Source: an uncultured Gemmatimonadales bacterium (GTDB lineage: Bacteria > Gemmatimonadota > Gemmatimonadetes > Gemmatimonadales > GWC2-71-9). Taken from it: a stretch of 64,000 nucleotides of DNA. Positions 31,515-45,160 of the stretch are shown one piece after another; position 1 is the stretch's first letter, and each line of letters begins with the position of its first letter. The notes beneath the pieces were generated by a model, which worked only from the letters and a program-made list of their open reading frames with translations, searched no databases and was not told the origin of the DNA. The translations under genes and the position numbers were made by a program. The stretch is taken from assembly GCA_963821525.1 (NCBI GenBank), contig CAWGED010000019.1, positions 576,001 to 640,000 on the forward strand, given 5' to 3'.

Positions 31515-31585
31515 CACGACTCACGACTGCAGACTCTCAACTCTAGACCCACGACCAACGACCATTGACCCTCGACCAGCGATCT
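31515..31585. repeat. GAC-phased degenerate heptamer ladder (CACGACT CACGACT GCAGACT CTCAACT CTAGACC CACGACC AACGACC ATTGACC CTCGACC)
   Basis: Direct 7-nt periodicity in the sequence. Confidence 0.8.
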
Positions 31586-31677
31586 CCTCCGCACTCGCCG
31601 ACCGCTACCGCATAGAGCGGGACCTGAAGCACCACCACAAGGTGGCGATCAGAGCTCCAGCCGAACTCGCGTCGTAA
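31561..31677 (+). pseudogene. Kinase 5' stub with the Gly-rich loop deleted
   Basis: Reads [31 protein letters not shown]…; [14 protein letters not shown] (14 codons) is missing. Confidence 0.8.
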
Positions 31678-31958
31678 GTCTTGAGTCGTAGGACCCACGA
31701 CCACTGACCATCGACTATCGACGGCCGCCCAGCGACTTTTCCGACGGCCGAGACCAATGATGGCGGGCAGAGGTCATCCGGGTAGCTTTAGAACGCACTC
31801 CTGATCCAAATAACGCGAGACAGACCAGCACCCCCGCTTGGGGGAATAACATGCTGAGCCGGCGGTGAGGTAACCGTTATAACGCTCCTCGACACCAAGG
31901 CACGCTCGGAGCGACCGTCTTTCCCGTCTCCCCGTCTCCCATCTCCCAGGGTTAGGCC

Positions 31959-34634
<2,676 letters not shown>

Positions 34635-34647
34635 GCGGAGCCACACG

Positions 34648-37300
34648 GTGACTACTGAGCACCTCAGGGCAAGCCTCGCCGACCGCTACCGCATCGAGCG
34701 GGAGTTGGGCCAGGGCGGCATGGCGACGGTCTACCTCGCCGAGGACCTGAAGCACCGGCGTCGGGTCGCCATCAAGGTGCTCCGGCCGGAGCTCGCGGCG
34801 GTGATCGGCGCCGAGCGGTTCGTGCGGGAGATCCAGACCATCGCGGCACTCCAGCATCCCCACATCCTGGGTCTCATCGACTGGGGCGAGGTCAACGGGA
34901 CCGCCTACTACGTGATGCCGTTCATCGAAGGCGAATCGCTGCGCGACCGGATCACCCGCGAGAAGCAGTTGTCCATCGCCGATTCGGTACGGATCGCGAC
35001 TGAAGTAGCCAGTGCCCTCGATTACGCCCACCGTCACGGCGTGATCCACCGCGATATCAAGCCCGAGAACATCCTGATGCACGACGGCCAGGCTCTGGTG
35101 GCCGACTTCGGGATTGCACTCGCCGTGAGCAGCGCCGGCGGCTCCCGGATGACCGAGACCGGCATGTCGCTCGGCACCCCGCACTACATGAGCCCCGAGC
35201 AAGCGATGGGCGAACGAGCGATCACCGCCCGCTCCGACATCTATGCCTTGGGCTGTGTGACCTACGAGATGCTGACCGGGGATCCGCCCTTCACCGGCAG
35301 CACCGCGCAGGCGATCGTCGCCAAGATGATGACCGAGAAGCCGATCGCGCCGTCGCGAGTGCGGGACACGGTTCCGCCGGCTGTCGAAGACGCAGTGCTC
35401 ACCGCCCTCGCCAAGCTTCCGGCCGATCGGTTCACCTCCGCCGCGGAATTCGCCACCGCCCTGCGGGATCCCGCACGAATCACCCGAGCCTCGACCTCCA
35501 CCCCGATCACCGCGCCGACGACCTGCGCCGCGATGGTCCGTCCGCTCGGCGCTGCCCTGGGCGCTGGCTGCCGTCGTCGCTGTGCTGGCCCTGGTGAGCT
35601 GGTCCCGCACTCGGACCACGACCAGCCCCGTCACTCGCTTCGAAATACGTCCCGCCTTCGGCACCCAGTTTGGATATCCGATCAACGGAGTGGCGATGTA
35701 CCTCGCACTCTCGCCGGATGGCCGCCAGGTGATCTACACCGGAAGCCGCGGGGGAAGCGACTGGGCGCTTTACATCCGGAATCTCGACCAACTGGATTCC
35801 CGCCTGCTCCCCGGAACTGAAGGTGCGGTCGCGCCGGAATTCTCCCCCGACGGGAAATGGATCGCCTTCGGCGCACCGGACGGGAGCCTCAAGAAGCTCA
35901 TGGTGGACGGGACCTCGCTCACCACGCTTTGCCAGGTTGATGTGAGTGGCATCGCGGGCCTGACCTGGACCTCCAACCGTGAGGTGGTCTTTACCCGAGT
36001 GAATCTCACGGGGCGCGGGCTGTGGCGGGTGCCGGCCGACGGGGGGCAGCCCGTCGAGTTCTCCCAATTCGATTCGGCGAGCGGGGAGCGACTGCAACTC
36101 TCACCGCGCTCGACGCCCGACGGGAAGCTGGTGTTCTACAGCAGCACGAGGGCCAGCGTTCTGGATCTCAAGATCGGCGTCGCCTCCACCGCCAGCGGGA
36201 AGACCAAGGTGTTCACCGATCTTCTCGGCGCGCGCGTGCTCGGCTTCTCCGACGGCTTCCTGCTCTATGTGCGGATCGATGGCGCGCTCATGGCGGTACC
36301 CTTCGACCCCGGTACTCTCAAGATCGGAGCACCGCTCCAGATCCTCGACAGCATCGCGACGCGTGGCTGGCAGTCGCCGGCGGCGCTTTCCGCCAATGGG
36401 GCCCTGCTCTACCAGCGCGGGGGACTGACCAGCCAGCTGGTGCGGGTGGATCAGCACGGTGACGCGCAGCTCCTTCTCGATTCGCCGCGGATGTACGCTC
36501 ACCCTCGCCTCTCTCCCGATGGGCGACGCATCGCCTTCGAAGCCCAGGCCGGCGCGGGCAACGAGATCTGGATCGCCGATCTTGCGTCGCAGACCGCGGA
36601 GCGCCTCACCCGGGAGGGATTCAACGACCGCCCCGAATGGACTCCGGACGGAAGCCGGGTGATGTACGTATCCGGACGAACCAAGGCGAATTCGATCTGG
36701 TGGCAACCGGCCGATGGCAGCGGTACCGCGGAGATGCTCTTTCAAGGACCGGATGCGATTCGAGAAGCGGTCTTCGCCCACGGTGGTGAGGAAATCGTAT
36801 ATCGGATGGATACGCCGGACAGCGGCCGGGATATTTATCGGCTCCCGCTTGGACAGAAAAAACCGGTGCCGATTCTGACCAACATTGATGACGACAAGCA
36901 GCCCCGGGTCTCGCCCGATGGAAAGTGGCTCGCCTATATCTCGAACGCGTCCGGGCGGGAAGAAGTGTATATCAGGCCGCTGGCCGGTGGACCGCGCACC
37001 ACGGTCTCGCGCGACGGCGGAGGAGAGCCGCTCTGGTCCCCCGACGGGAAACGTCTCTACTACCGGGTCGGCGCTCGACTGATGGCCGCCGGTATCGTCA
37101 CCACACCATCGATCTCCGTCACTTCGCGGGACACGCTGTTCGAGGGGCCCTACATCACCGATCCATGGCACCCGAATTACGATGTCTGGCCGGATGGCAA
37201 GAGCTTCGTGATGCTGCGGCCGGTCGAGGAGAACCGGCAGCTGGTCATGGTGGTGAATTGGATCAGGGAATTGCGGCAGCGGACCGGGAAGGCCAAGTAA
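34648..37300 (+). CDS. K13: Ser/Thr kinase - TM - double beta-propeller (frameshift ~35520-35580)
   Basis: ORFs 34648 and 35582 join into one gene; C-terminal VVNWIREL. Confidence 0.92.
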
Positions 37301-37414
37301 CGCTTCACGATTTGATGAGCGACCCTTGACTGATCTCATTCACAGCCCTGAGCTTGAGGCGAGCAGCTTTTCCCGTCCCCCTTCTCCCTTCTCCGCAGTT
37401 AAGTCGAGGATTCC

Positions 37415-38293
37415 ATGACCCAGCCTGTCATCGCGCCGGACACCACGGCGCGGAAGCCACGGGACGACGAAATCGACGTCTATGGGATCACCCATCCCGG
37501 CAAAGTGCGCAAGGACAATCAGGACCATTTTCTGATCTGTTCGCTCCGACCCGGGGTCGTCGTCCACCACACCAGCCTGCCCGACACGGGGCGGTGGTCC
37601 GGGGCGGAGCGATTAGCGTTTCTCGCCATGGTCGCCGATGGGGTGGGCGGGAGCGCCATGGGCGAGGAGGCGAGCCGACTGGCGGTCGCCGGCATCACGG
37701 ACTATGTGACCCAGTGCGTGCACACCTACTACACCGCCGACTCCAGCAATGACGCCGGCTTTGCCGACGCGCTCGTCGAGGCGGCGATGCAAGTGCACGC
37801 GCGAATCGTGGAGCAGACCCGGGAAGCGGACGACCCGCGAGGTGGGTCCACCACGCTGACCCTGTGGATTGGCGTGTGGCCCCGGGCCTACCTGCTGCAG
37901 GTGGGAGACAGTCGCTGCTACACGCTCCGGGAAGGAGTCCTCACCCAGATCTCACGGGACCAGACGATGGCCCAGGAGCTGATCGACGCCGGCGTGCTCA
38001 AGCGCACCGAAGTCCGTCGTACCCGCTGGGCGCACGTGCTCTCCAGCTCCATCGGAGGACACCAGACCGCGCCGGTGGTTACCCGCATGGACCAGGAGTG
38101 GGGCAGAGTCGGCCTTCTCTGCAGCGACGGTCTCACCAAACACGTCTCGGACGAACGGATCGCCGAGCAGCTGCGGAATATGAGTTCGGCCAAGCAGGTC
38201 TGCGAGGCGCTGCTGCAGGATGCTCTGGATGATGGCGGGACCGACAACATCACCATCCTGGTGGGACGACCGGTTCGGAAAGACCTCGCGTGA
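37415..38293 (+). CDS. PP2C/PPM-family Ser/Thr protein phosphatase (soluble, PrpC/Stp1-like)
   Basis: GKVRKDNQD, VADGVGG, VGDSRCY, LLCSDGL and GGTDNIT motifs. Confidence 0.95.
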   Translation: MTQPVIAPDTTARKPRDDEIDVYGITHPGKVRKDNQDHFLICSLRPGVVVHHTSLPDTGRWSGAERLAFLAMVADGVGGSAMGEEASRLAVAGITDYVTQCVHTYYTADSSNDAGFADALVEAAMQVHARIVEQTREADDPRGGSTTLTLWIGVWPRAYLLQVGDSRCYTLREGVLTQISRDQTMAQELIDAGVLKRTEVRRTRWAHVLSSSIGGHQTAPVVTRMDQEWGRVGLLCSDGLTKHVSDERIAEQLRNMSSAKQVCEALLQDALDDGGTDNITILVGRPVRKDLA

Positions 38294-38361
38294 CGGATGC
38301 CTCTCCGGCGTTGACCGCCGCCCTCGCCGACCGTTACCGCATTCTGCTGGAGCGGAAATGA
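38290..38361 (+). pseudogene. Kinase 5' stub (MTDASPALTAALADRYRILLERK*) bridging phosphatase and dehydratase
   Basis: GTG overlaps the PP2C stop, and its TGA overlaps the dehydratase ATG. Confidence 0.8.
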
Positions 38362-39334
38362 AAACCACCGAGTCCGTTCGTCCCATAGACCTCGCCGAGA
38401 TTCGCGAGGCCCAACGTCGCATCGCGGGAACCATCTTCCGTACGCCGCTGGTCCGTCTCGAGCTGGGACCCGGCTTTCCCGACATTCGGCTCAAACTCGA
38501 AGTGCTTCAGCCCATCAATGCCTACAAGCTGCGCGGCGCGGCCAACGCGGTCGCCATGCTGTCCGACTCGGAACGAAAGCGTGGGGTCTGGACGATCAGC
38601 GCCGGCAACGCGGGACAGGGAGTCGCCTACGCCGCGAGAGCAGCCGGTGTCCCCTGCACCGTTGTCGCGATCGAAACCGCTCCCGCCTCAAAGCTCGAAC
38701 GGATGAAGGCGCTCGGCGCCAAACTGGTGCTGGTGCCCTACGAGGTGGCCTGGAAGGCGCTCGACGAGCGGGCCTAGCCGGGGTCGAAGGAACCTTCATT
38801 CACCCCTTCGATGACGACAATTTCATCGCCGGGCACGCGACGATGGGGCTGGAGATTCTGGAGGACGCGCCGGAGACGGCGGCAGTTATCGCCGCCATTG
38901 GTGGCGGTGGACTCATCACGGGCGTCGCGAGTGCCATGAGAGCCATCAAACCCGAGATCAAGGTGTGGGGCGCCGAACCGGAGACCGCTGCTCCGCTGTC
39001 GCTCTCCCTCGCTAGCGGGTCCCCTCAGTCATTCAAGGACTGGAAGGCATCGTTCGTGGATGGTGCCGGCGGACAGAGTGTCTTCCCCCGGATGTGGGAG
39101 CGGATGAAACCGGTGGTGGATGGTTGTATTGTTGTAACGCTGGACGAGACGAAACGGGCCATGCGATTGATGGCCGAGAAGGCGCGAATCATCGCGGAAG
39201 GCGCGGGATGCTTGCCGGTCGCGGCCGCTCTGACCGGGAAAGCGGGACAAGGTCCCATCGTCGCCATCGTCTCCGGCGGGAATATCGACCTGCAGAAATT
39301 CTCCGATCTGATTGGCACGACGCCGCGTGCATGA
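38358..39334 (+). CDS. PLP-dependent threonine/serine dehydratase (or serine racemase-like), no ACT domain; interrupted ~38775
   Basis: LKLEVLQPINAYKLRGA PLP-lysine motif, SAGNAGQG, IGGGGL, VSGGNID. Confidence 0.9.
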
Positions 39335-39457
39335 CGGCGTCGGCAGTCGAGTGTCGATGGTCGATAGTCATCAGTCCTGACCCGGGACTCAAGACTCGGG
39401 ACGCATCATTCAGGCCTGTCGAATCCAAGTACTAATCACGTCTACCGACATCGACCA

Positions 39458-42151
39458 TTGACCATCGACCATCGACTATCGACCGCTTTGTCCGACCGCT
39501 ACCGCATCGAGCGGGAGCTGGGCCAGGGCGGCATGGCCACCGTCTACCTGGCCCAGGACCTGAGGCACGACCGCAGAGTCGCGGTGAAAGTCCTGCGCCC
39601 CGAGCTGGCCGCCGTCATCGGCGCCGAGCGGTTCCTGAGCGAGATCAAGACCACCGCGAACCTGCAGCACCCGCACATCCTCCCGCTCTTCGATTCCGGC
39701 GCCGCCGACAGCTTCCTCTTCTACGTCATGCCGTTCGTCGAAGGCGAGTCACTGCGCGATCGGCTGAGCCGGGAGAAGCAGCTGCCGATCCCGGACGCGG
39801 TACGGATCGCCACCGAAGTCTGGGTGCCCTGGACTACGCCCACCGCCACGGCGTCATCCATCGGGACATCAAGCCGGAAAACATCCTCCTGCACGATGGC
39901 CGGGCGCTGGTCGCGGACTTCGGGATTGCGCTGGCAGCCAGCAAGGCGGGCGGCACTCGTATGACCGAGACCGGCATGAGCCTCGGCACGCCGATCTACA
40001 TGAGCCCCGAGCAGGCGATGGGGGAACGGGAGATCACCGCGCGGAGCGATGTGTACGCCCTCGGCTGCGTGCTGTACGAAATGCTGGTGGGAGAGCCGCC
40101 ATTCACCGGGCCCACCGCGCAGGCGATTGTTGCCAAGGTGGTCACCGAGGAGCCGCGCGCGCTAAGACCCAAGCGACACACCATCCCAGCGAATGTCGAA
40201 GCGGCGACGATGACGGCACTCGAGAAGCTGCCGGCCGACCGGTTCGCCAGCGCTGCGGAGTTCGCTGCGGCGCTGGGCGAGGCGTCGTACGGCACCGAGC
40301 GTGTCACGGCCACGACGACCGCCGCAGCCCGGCGAGACACACAGCGCCGAGGGCGGTATCTCCCTGCAGTGCTGGCTGCGCTGGGAGGTCTGGCGCTCGG
40401 CGCATCGCTCCTGAGCATGCTGCGCTCTCCGGTCTCGGCACCCGTCACCCGCTATGGTCTGTCGCTCCCCCCGGACCAGGAACCGGTGCGGGAATGGCAG
40501 GTGATCCCCTCTCCGGACGGGTCTCAGATCGCCTACGTGGGCCCGGCCGAACGCACGACGCAAATCTGGATCAAGCGACGGGACCGTTATGAAGCTTCTC
40601 CGCTCCCGGGGACGCTTGGGGTGACCAACTTCACTTGGTCTCCCGACGGCGCGGTGGATCGCGTTCACCCAAGGCACTCAACTCAAGAAGCAGCCGGTCG
40701 TAGGAGGAACCGCGACCACGCTGGCTGATAACGTGTCAGCCTTTCCAGGAATCGCCTGGCTGGATGACGGGAATATCGTCTTCATTCGAGCCGGCGGAAT
40801 CGCGCTCATGCGAGTGGCGGAAAGCGGCGGGGAGCCCGCCGAGGTCCTGACGGATAGCACCGGAATTGGCCTGCTCACCCCATTGCCCGGAGGGCGAGGC
40901 GTGCTCTTTGGTCGCTGCCGGCGCAACTGCTCCCAGTTGGATCTCTGGGTGGTCGACCTGAAGTCGAGCAAGTCGCACCAGGTAGTTCCCGGTGCGGTCA
41001 TGGGACACTACGTGAAGACCGGGCACCTCCTGTTCGTCCGGCCGGATGGCGGGCTGTTCGCGGCACCGTTCAGCCTGCGCTCTCTGGATCTGACTGGCCC
41101 GGCGGTTCCCGTCCTGGATAGTGTAGCGGTGCTCGGTGGAGTCTACCCGCTGTTCGCGGTTTCCTCCTCGGGTACCTTGGTGATGCGTTATGGAGCGGCA
41201 CCGGCAGCAGGGCAGCAGTTTTCCATGGTGTGGGTGGACCGCACCGGGCGCGTGACGCCGGTCGATTCGGGTTGGACCCTTCAGTTTACCAACTTTGGCG
41301 AAAACTACGGGTGGGCCCTGTCGCCCGACGGCAAGCGATTGGCCCTTGGCCTCGCGACAGACGCCGGCGACGACATCTGGGTCAAGCAGCTTCCGCGAGG
41401 TCCCTTGTCACGGGTCTCCTATGACGGGGCGTCGGAATACCGGCCTCGGTGGATGCCGAACGGGCGCGAAATCATGTTCGGGTCCAACCGGGCCGGCACC
41501 GGGACCGGGGGGCTGTACTCACGACCTGCCGACGGCACCGGTTCGGATTCGCTCATCCTGCGCGCGGAACAGGGGATCTTCGAGAGCGTCTGGTCACCGG
41601 ACGGCCGCTGGCTCCTGTTCCGGACTGGTGGCACCGTGGGCCAGATGGGAGGGCGGGACATCGTAGGTATTCGTCCCGGCGTCGACAGTGCGCCGGTGCC
41701 GGTGGTGGTGACCCCCTATGACGAAGAAGCGATCGCGATCTCACCCGACGGACGATGGCTGGCCTACGAGTCCAACGAAACCGGGAAAACCGAGGTGTAC
41801 CTCCGGCCATTTCCAAACACCAACAGCGGCAAGTGGCAGATCTCGAATGGCGGAGGAGTCGCTCCGCTCTGGGCGAGGACCGGTCGCGAACTTTTCTACG
41901 TCAGCGCTGCGCGCGACATGATGACCGCCACTATCGGCCCCGGCGTCCAGCCGACGATCGGGACCCCACGGATTCTCTTTCATCTCCGGGATGACCTCTA
42001 TATGACGCCTACGGAGTTCTACACCCCGTTCGATGTCGGTCCGGACGGCCGCTTCATCATGGCGCGAAGCGAGACCCCCGAAGCAATTTTTAACGCCCCG
42101 CTGGTCGTGGTGGACAACTGGTTCGAGGAGCTGAGGCAGCGAACCCATTGA
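39458..42151 (+). CDS. K14: Ser/Thr kinase - TM - double beta-propeller (frameshifts ~39820, ~40650)
   Basis: ORFs 39458, 39961 and 40733 join into one gene; C-terminal VVDNWFEEL. Confidence 0.92.
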
Positions 42152-44814
42152 CCATCCACCCCAGACTCTCGACCGCCCTCGCCGACCGCTACCGCATCGA
42201 GCGGGAGCTGGGCCAGGGCGGCATGGCCACCGTCTATCTCGCCCACGATGTGCGGCACGATCGGAAGGTGGCCCTCAAGGTTCTCCGACCAGAGCTGGCC
42301 GCCGTAATCGGAGCCGAGCGATTCCTCGCCGAGATCAAGACCACGGCCAACCTGCAGCATCCGCACATTCTGTCGTTGTTCGATTCGGGAGAAGCGGACG
42401 GGACGGTGTTCTATGTCATGCCCTACGTCGAGGGCGAGTCGCTGCGCGACCGACTCTCGCGCGAGCATCAGTTGCCGGTCGAAGAGGCAATCCAGCTCGC
42501 GCGCGAAGTGGCCGACGCGCTGCAGTACGCGCACAATCACCACGTAATCCACCGCGACATCAAGCCGGAAAACATCCTGCTGCACGGCGGGCACGCCCTG
42601 GTCGCCGACTTCGGCATCGCACTCGCCGTGAGCCGCTCCGACGGCGGGACCCGGATGACCGAAACCGGGATGTCGCTCGGCACCCCGCACTACATGAGCC
42701 CCGAGCAGGCGATGGGAGAGCGGGAGATCACCGGCAAGAGCGACGTGTACGCGCTTGGTTGTGTGCTGTACGAGATGCTGGTGGGCGAGCCGCCATTCAC
42801 CGGCCCCACCGTGCAGGCGATGGTGGCGCGGGTGATGACCGAGGAGCCTCGCTCACTCACCATCCAGCGGAAGACGATTCCGCCGCACGTCGAGGCCTCG
42901 GTCCGGAAAGCGCTGCAGAAGCTGTCGGCGGATCGCTTCGCCTCCCCGGCGGCCTTTGCCGACGCACTGGTCCATCCCGAGAGCATGGCGCTTCCGACCT
43001 CGGCCGGGATGCCGGCCGCTTCCCCTGCCTCATCGGTGGCGTGGAAGCGCCGGTTTGTGATAGCCGCGGCTCTGGGCACTCTCGCGACTGTAGCGGCGAT
43101 CTTGGCCTCGATACGAAGTGCACGCATCGGGTCCGCCGGCCCAGACTGGTCCTACCTGAATTTCGGAGACAGCCTCCAGGTCCAGACCAACCTGCCCGCT
43201 CTCGCCTATTCGCCCGACGGCTCCACCATCGTGATCAAGAGCGACGTCCAGAACGGTCGGCTCTGGCTCAAGCGTCGAGCAGATCTCAACCCCACGCCGA
43301 TTCCGGGCACGGAACGCGCCACCAGTCCGGTGTTCTCCCCCGACGGGAAGTGGATCGCCTTCATTCGGGATGGACAAGTCAGAAAGGTCGGGGTCGATGG
43401 CGGTGGCGCCGTCACCCTCGCCGACACGGCCTTCAACCTCGCCCTCACCTGGCTCGATGACGGTTCGCTGATCTACAGCCCCACCCTCTTCAAGCTCAGC
43501 CGCATCAGCTCCGCTGGGGGGCCGTCAACCGTGGTCCTCGAAGATTCGACGCTCTTCGGATTGGCTCCGAGTGGGTTTACCCCGCTGCCCGGTGGGCGCG
43601 GGATCCTCCTCACTTCCTGCAATGCTGGCTGCGTCTCGATGACGCTCTTGGTCCTGGACCTGAAGACCCGGACGCAGCACACCCTGCTCCCGGACGTGGC
43701 CCAGGGCTGGTACCTCCCTGGCGGCAGGCTGCTGTATGTGCGTCGTGATGGCACCGCGATGGTGGCCCCCTTCGATCTCGATAAACTGCAGATCACGGGC
43801 GCGGCCGTCCCGGTGCTCGAGGGTGTGCTGGTCAGCGTGGGGTTTGCCCAGCTTGCATGGTCGCCATCCGGGTCGCTGCTCTACGTGCGTGGCGAAGGGC
43901 TTTCGCCTGACCAGCTGCTGTTCCGGGTCACCCGAGACGGGGCTGTGGCTCCCCTCGACACGTCCTGGGTCGCGCAGTTCACCTCGCCGGTGGTGTCCCG
44001 GGATGGACGTCGAATCGCGGTGGGTGTCGGCGGCACGGTCAGCGCTCTCAACATCTGGGTCAGGTCGATGGACCGGGGGCCGGCGACCCGGCTCACGTTC
44101 GGCGGCCAGGATCGTCGGCCGGCCTGGTCACCCGACGGACGGCTCATCGCCTTTGTGCGGGACACCGCTGCGGGCAGCGTCGTGATGGCGCGGCCGGCTG
44201 ACGGGGCTGGCTCCGACCGGCTATTAGCACGGCTCGACCGGATCGTCCAGGAGGTAGCCTGGTCGCCGGACGGCCAATGGCTCGTGCTCCGCACCGACAA
44301 CGGCGCGGCGGGCGCGGGCGACCTCGTCGGGGTGCGGACCAGCGGGGACACCACTCCAGTGTCCCTTGTCGCGAGCCCCTTCACCGAGCTCCACCCCGCC
44401 GTCTCACCCGACGGCCGCTGGCTGGCGTACTGCTCCAACGAGTCGGGGCGCAATGAGATATACGTGCGGCCCTTCCCGAATACCGATGGCGGGCGCTGGC
44501 AGGTTTCGAGCGGCACCGGGAACGAGCCGCGGTGGTCGGGTGACGGGCGGGAGCTGTTCTACCTCGACGACACTCGCCAGCTGATGGCCACTCGCATTGG
44601 CTCGGGGCCTTCTTTCTCGACCGGTGAAACCCGGCGAATCCTCGACGCCTCCGGATTCACCGGCCAGGTCTTCCATCAATCGTATGACGTGGCTCCCGAT
44701 GGACGGTCGTTCCTGTTCGTCGGGCCCCGGAAATCCCGGGCGAACTCGCGGGGCCCGCAGGTAGTGCGGGTGGACAACTGGTTCGCCGATCTCAAGGCAC
44801 GGGTAAAGCGGTGA
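42148..44814 (+). CDS. K15: Ser/Thr kinase - TM - double beta-propeller (intact)
   Basis: 888-aa ORF whose start overlaps the K14 stop; C-terminal VDNWFADL. Confidence 0.95.
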   Translation: MTIHPRLSTALADRYRIERELGQGGMATVYLAHDVRHDRKVALKVLRPELAAVIGAERFLAEIKTTANLQHPHILSLFDSGEADGTVFYVMPYVEGESLRDRLSREHQLPVEEAIQLAREVADALQYAHNHHVIHRDIKPENILLHGGHALVADFGIALAVSRSDGGTRMTETGMSLGTPHYMSPEQAMGEREITGKSDVYALGCVLYEMLVGEPPFTGPTVQAMVARVMTEEPRSLTIQRKTIPPHVEASVRKALQKLSADRFASPAAFADALVHPESMALPTSAGMPAASPASSVAWKRRFVIAAALGTLATVAAILASIRSARIGSAGPDWSYLNFGDSLQVQTNLPALAYSPDGSTIVIKSDVQNGRLWLKRRADLNPTPIPGTERATSPVFSPDGKWIAFIRDGQVRKVGVDGGGAVTLADTAFNLALTWLDDGSLIYSPTLFKLSRISSAGGPSTVVLEDSTLFGLAPSGFTPLPGGRGILLTSCNAGCVSMTLLVLDLKTRTQHTLLPDVAQGWYLPGGRLLYVRRDGTAMVAPFDLDKLQITGAAVPVLEGVLVSVGFAQLAWSPSGSLLYVRGEGLSPDQLLFRVTRDGAVAPLDTSWVAQFTSPVVSRDGRRIAVGVGGTVSALNIWVRSMDRGPATRLTFGGQDRRPAWSPDGRLIAFVRDTAAGSVVMARPADGAGSDRLLARLDRIVQEVAWSPDGQWLVLRTDNGAAGAGDLVGVRTSGDTTPVSLVASPFTELHPAVSPDGRWLAYCSNESGRNEIYVRPFPNTDGGRWQVSSGTGNEPRWSGDGRELFYLDDTRQLMATRIGSGPSFSTGETRRILDASGFTGQVFHQSYDVAPDGRSFLFVGPRKSRANSRGPQVVRVDNWFADLKARVKR

Positions 44815-44857
44815 GGTGGTCCCGAATGCGATCTCCGAGCTACGACCCACGACCACG

Positions 44858-44873
44858 TGGCACGGGGCTCGCT
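44858..44873 (+). promoter_or_regulatory. Candidate sigma54 (-24/-12) promoter
   Basis: TGGCACG-GGGC-TCGCT versus consensus TGGCACG-N4-TTGCW (one mismatch). Confidence 0.4.
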
Positions 44874-45160
44874 TGAGGCTGAGCAAAGATTCCCGACAAT
44901 CGACCGGATTAACGAACCTTCAGGCCTGTTGACCTGACGGCTCTGTGCGCCGTGAACGCGCAGCAAAGTGTCTTCCGGTCACAACGGGGGCGGTGTGGCG
45001 TGGCCACGAGCACCCGGCGCTCTCCGACTTGCTTTGTTGGGTCCGCGTCCCCATTCTTTTGCCGCTCTACTTACAGACAGTGGTGCCCATGAAGGTCGGA
45101 GTCAGGAACGACCGGACCGATGGTATGGCTCGGAACCTCGTCCAAGGAACGGATTCGGCC

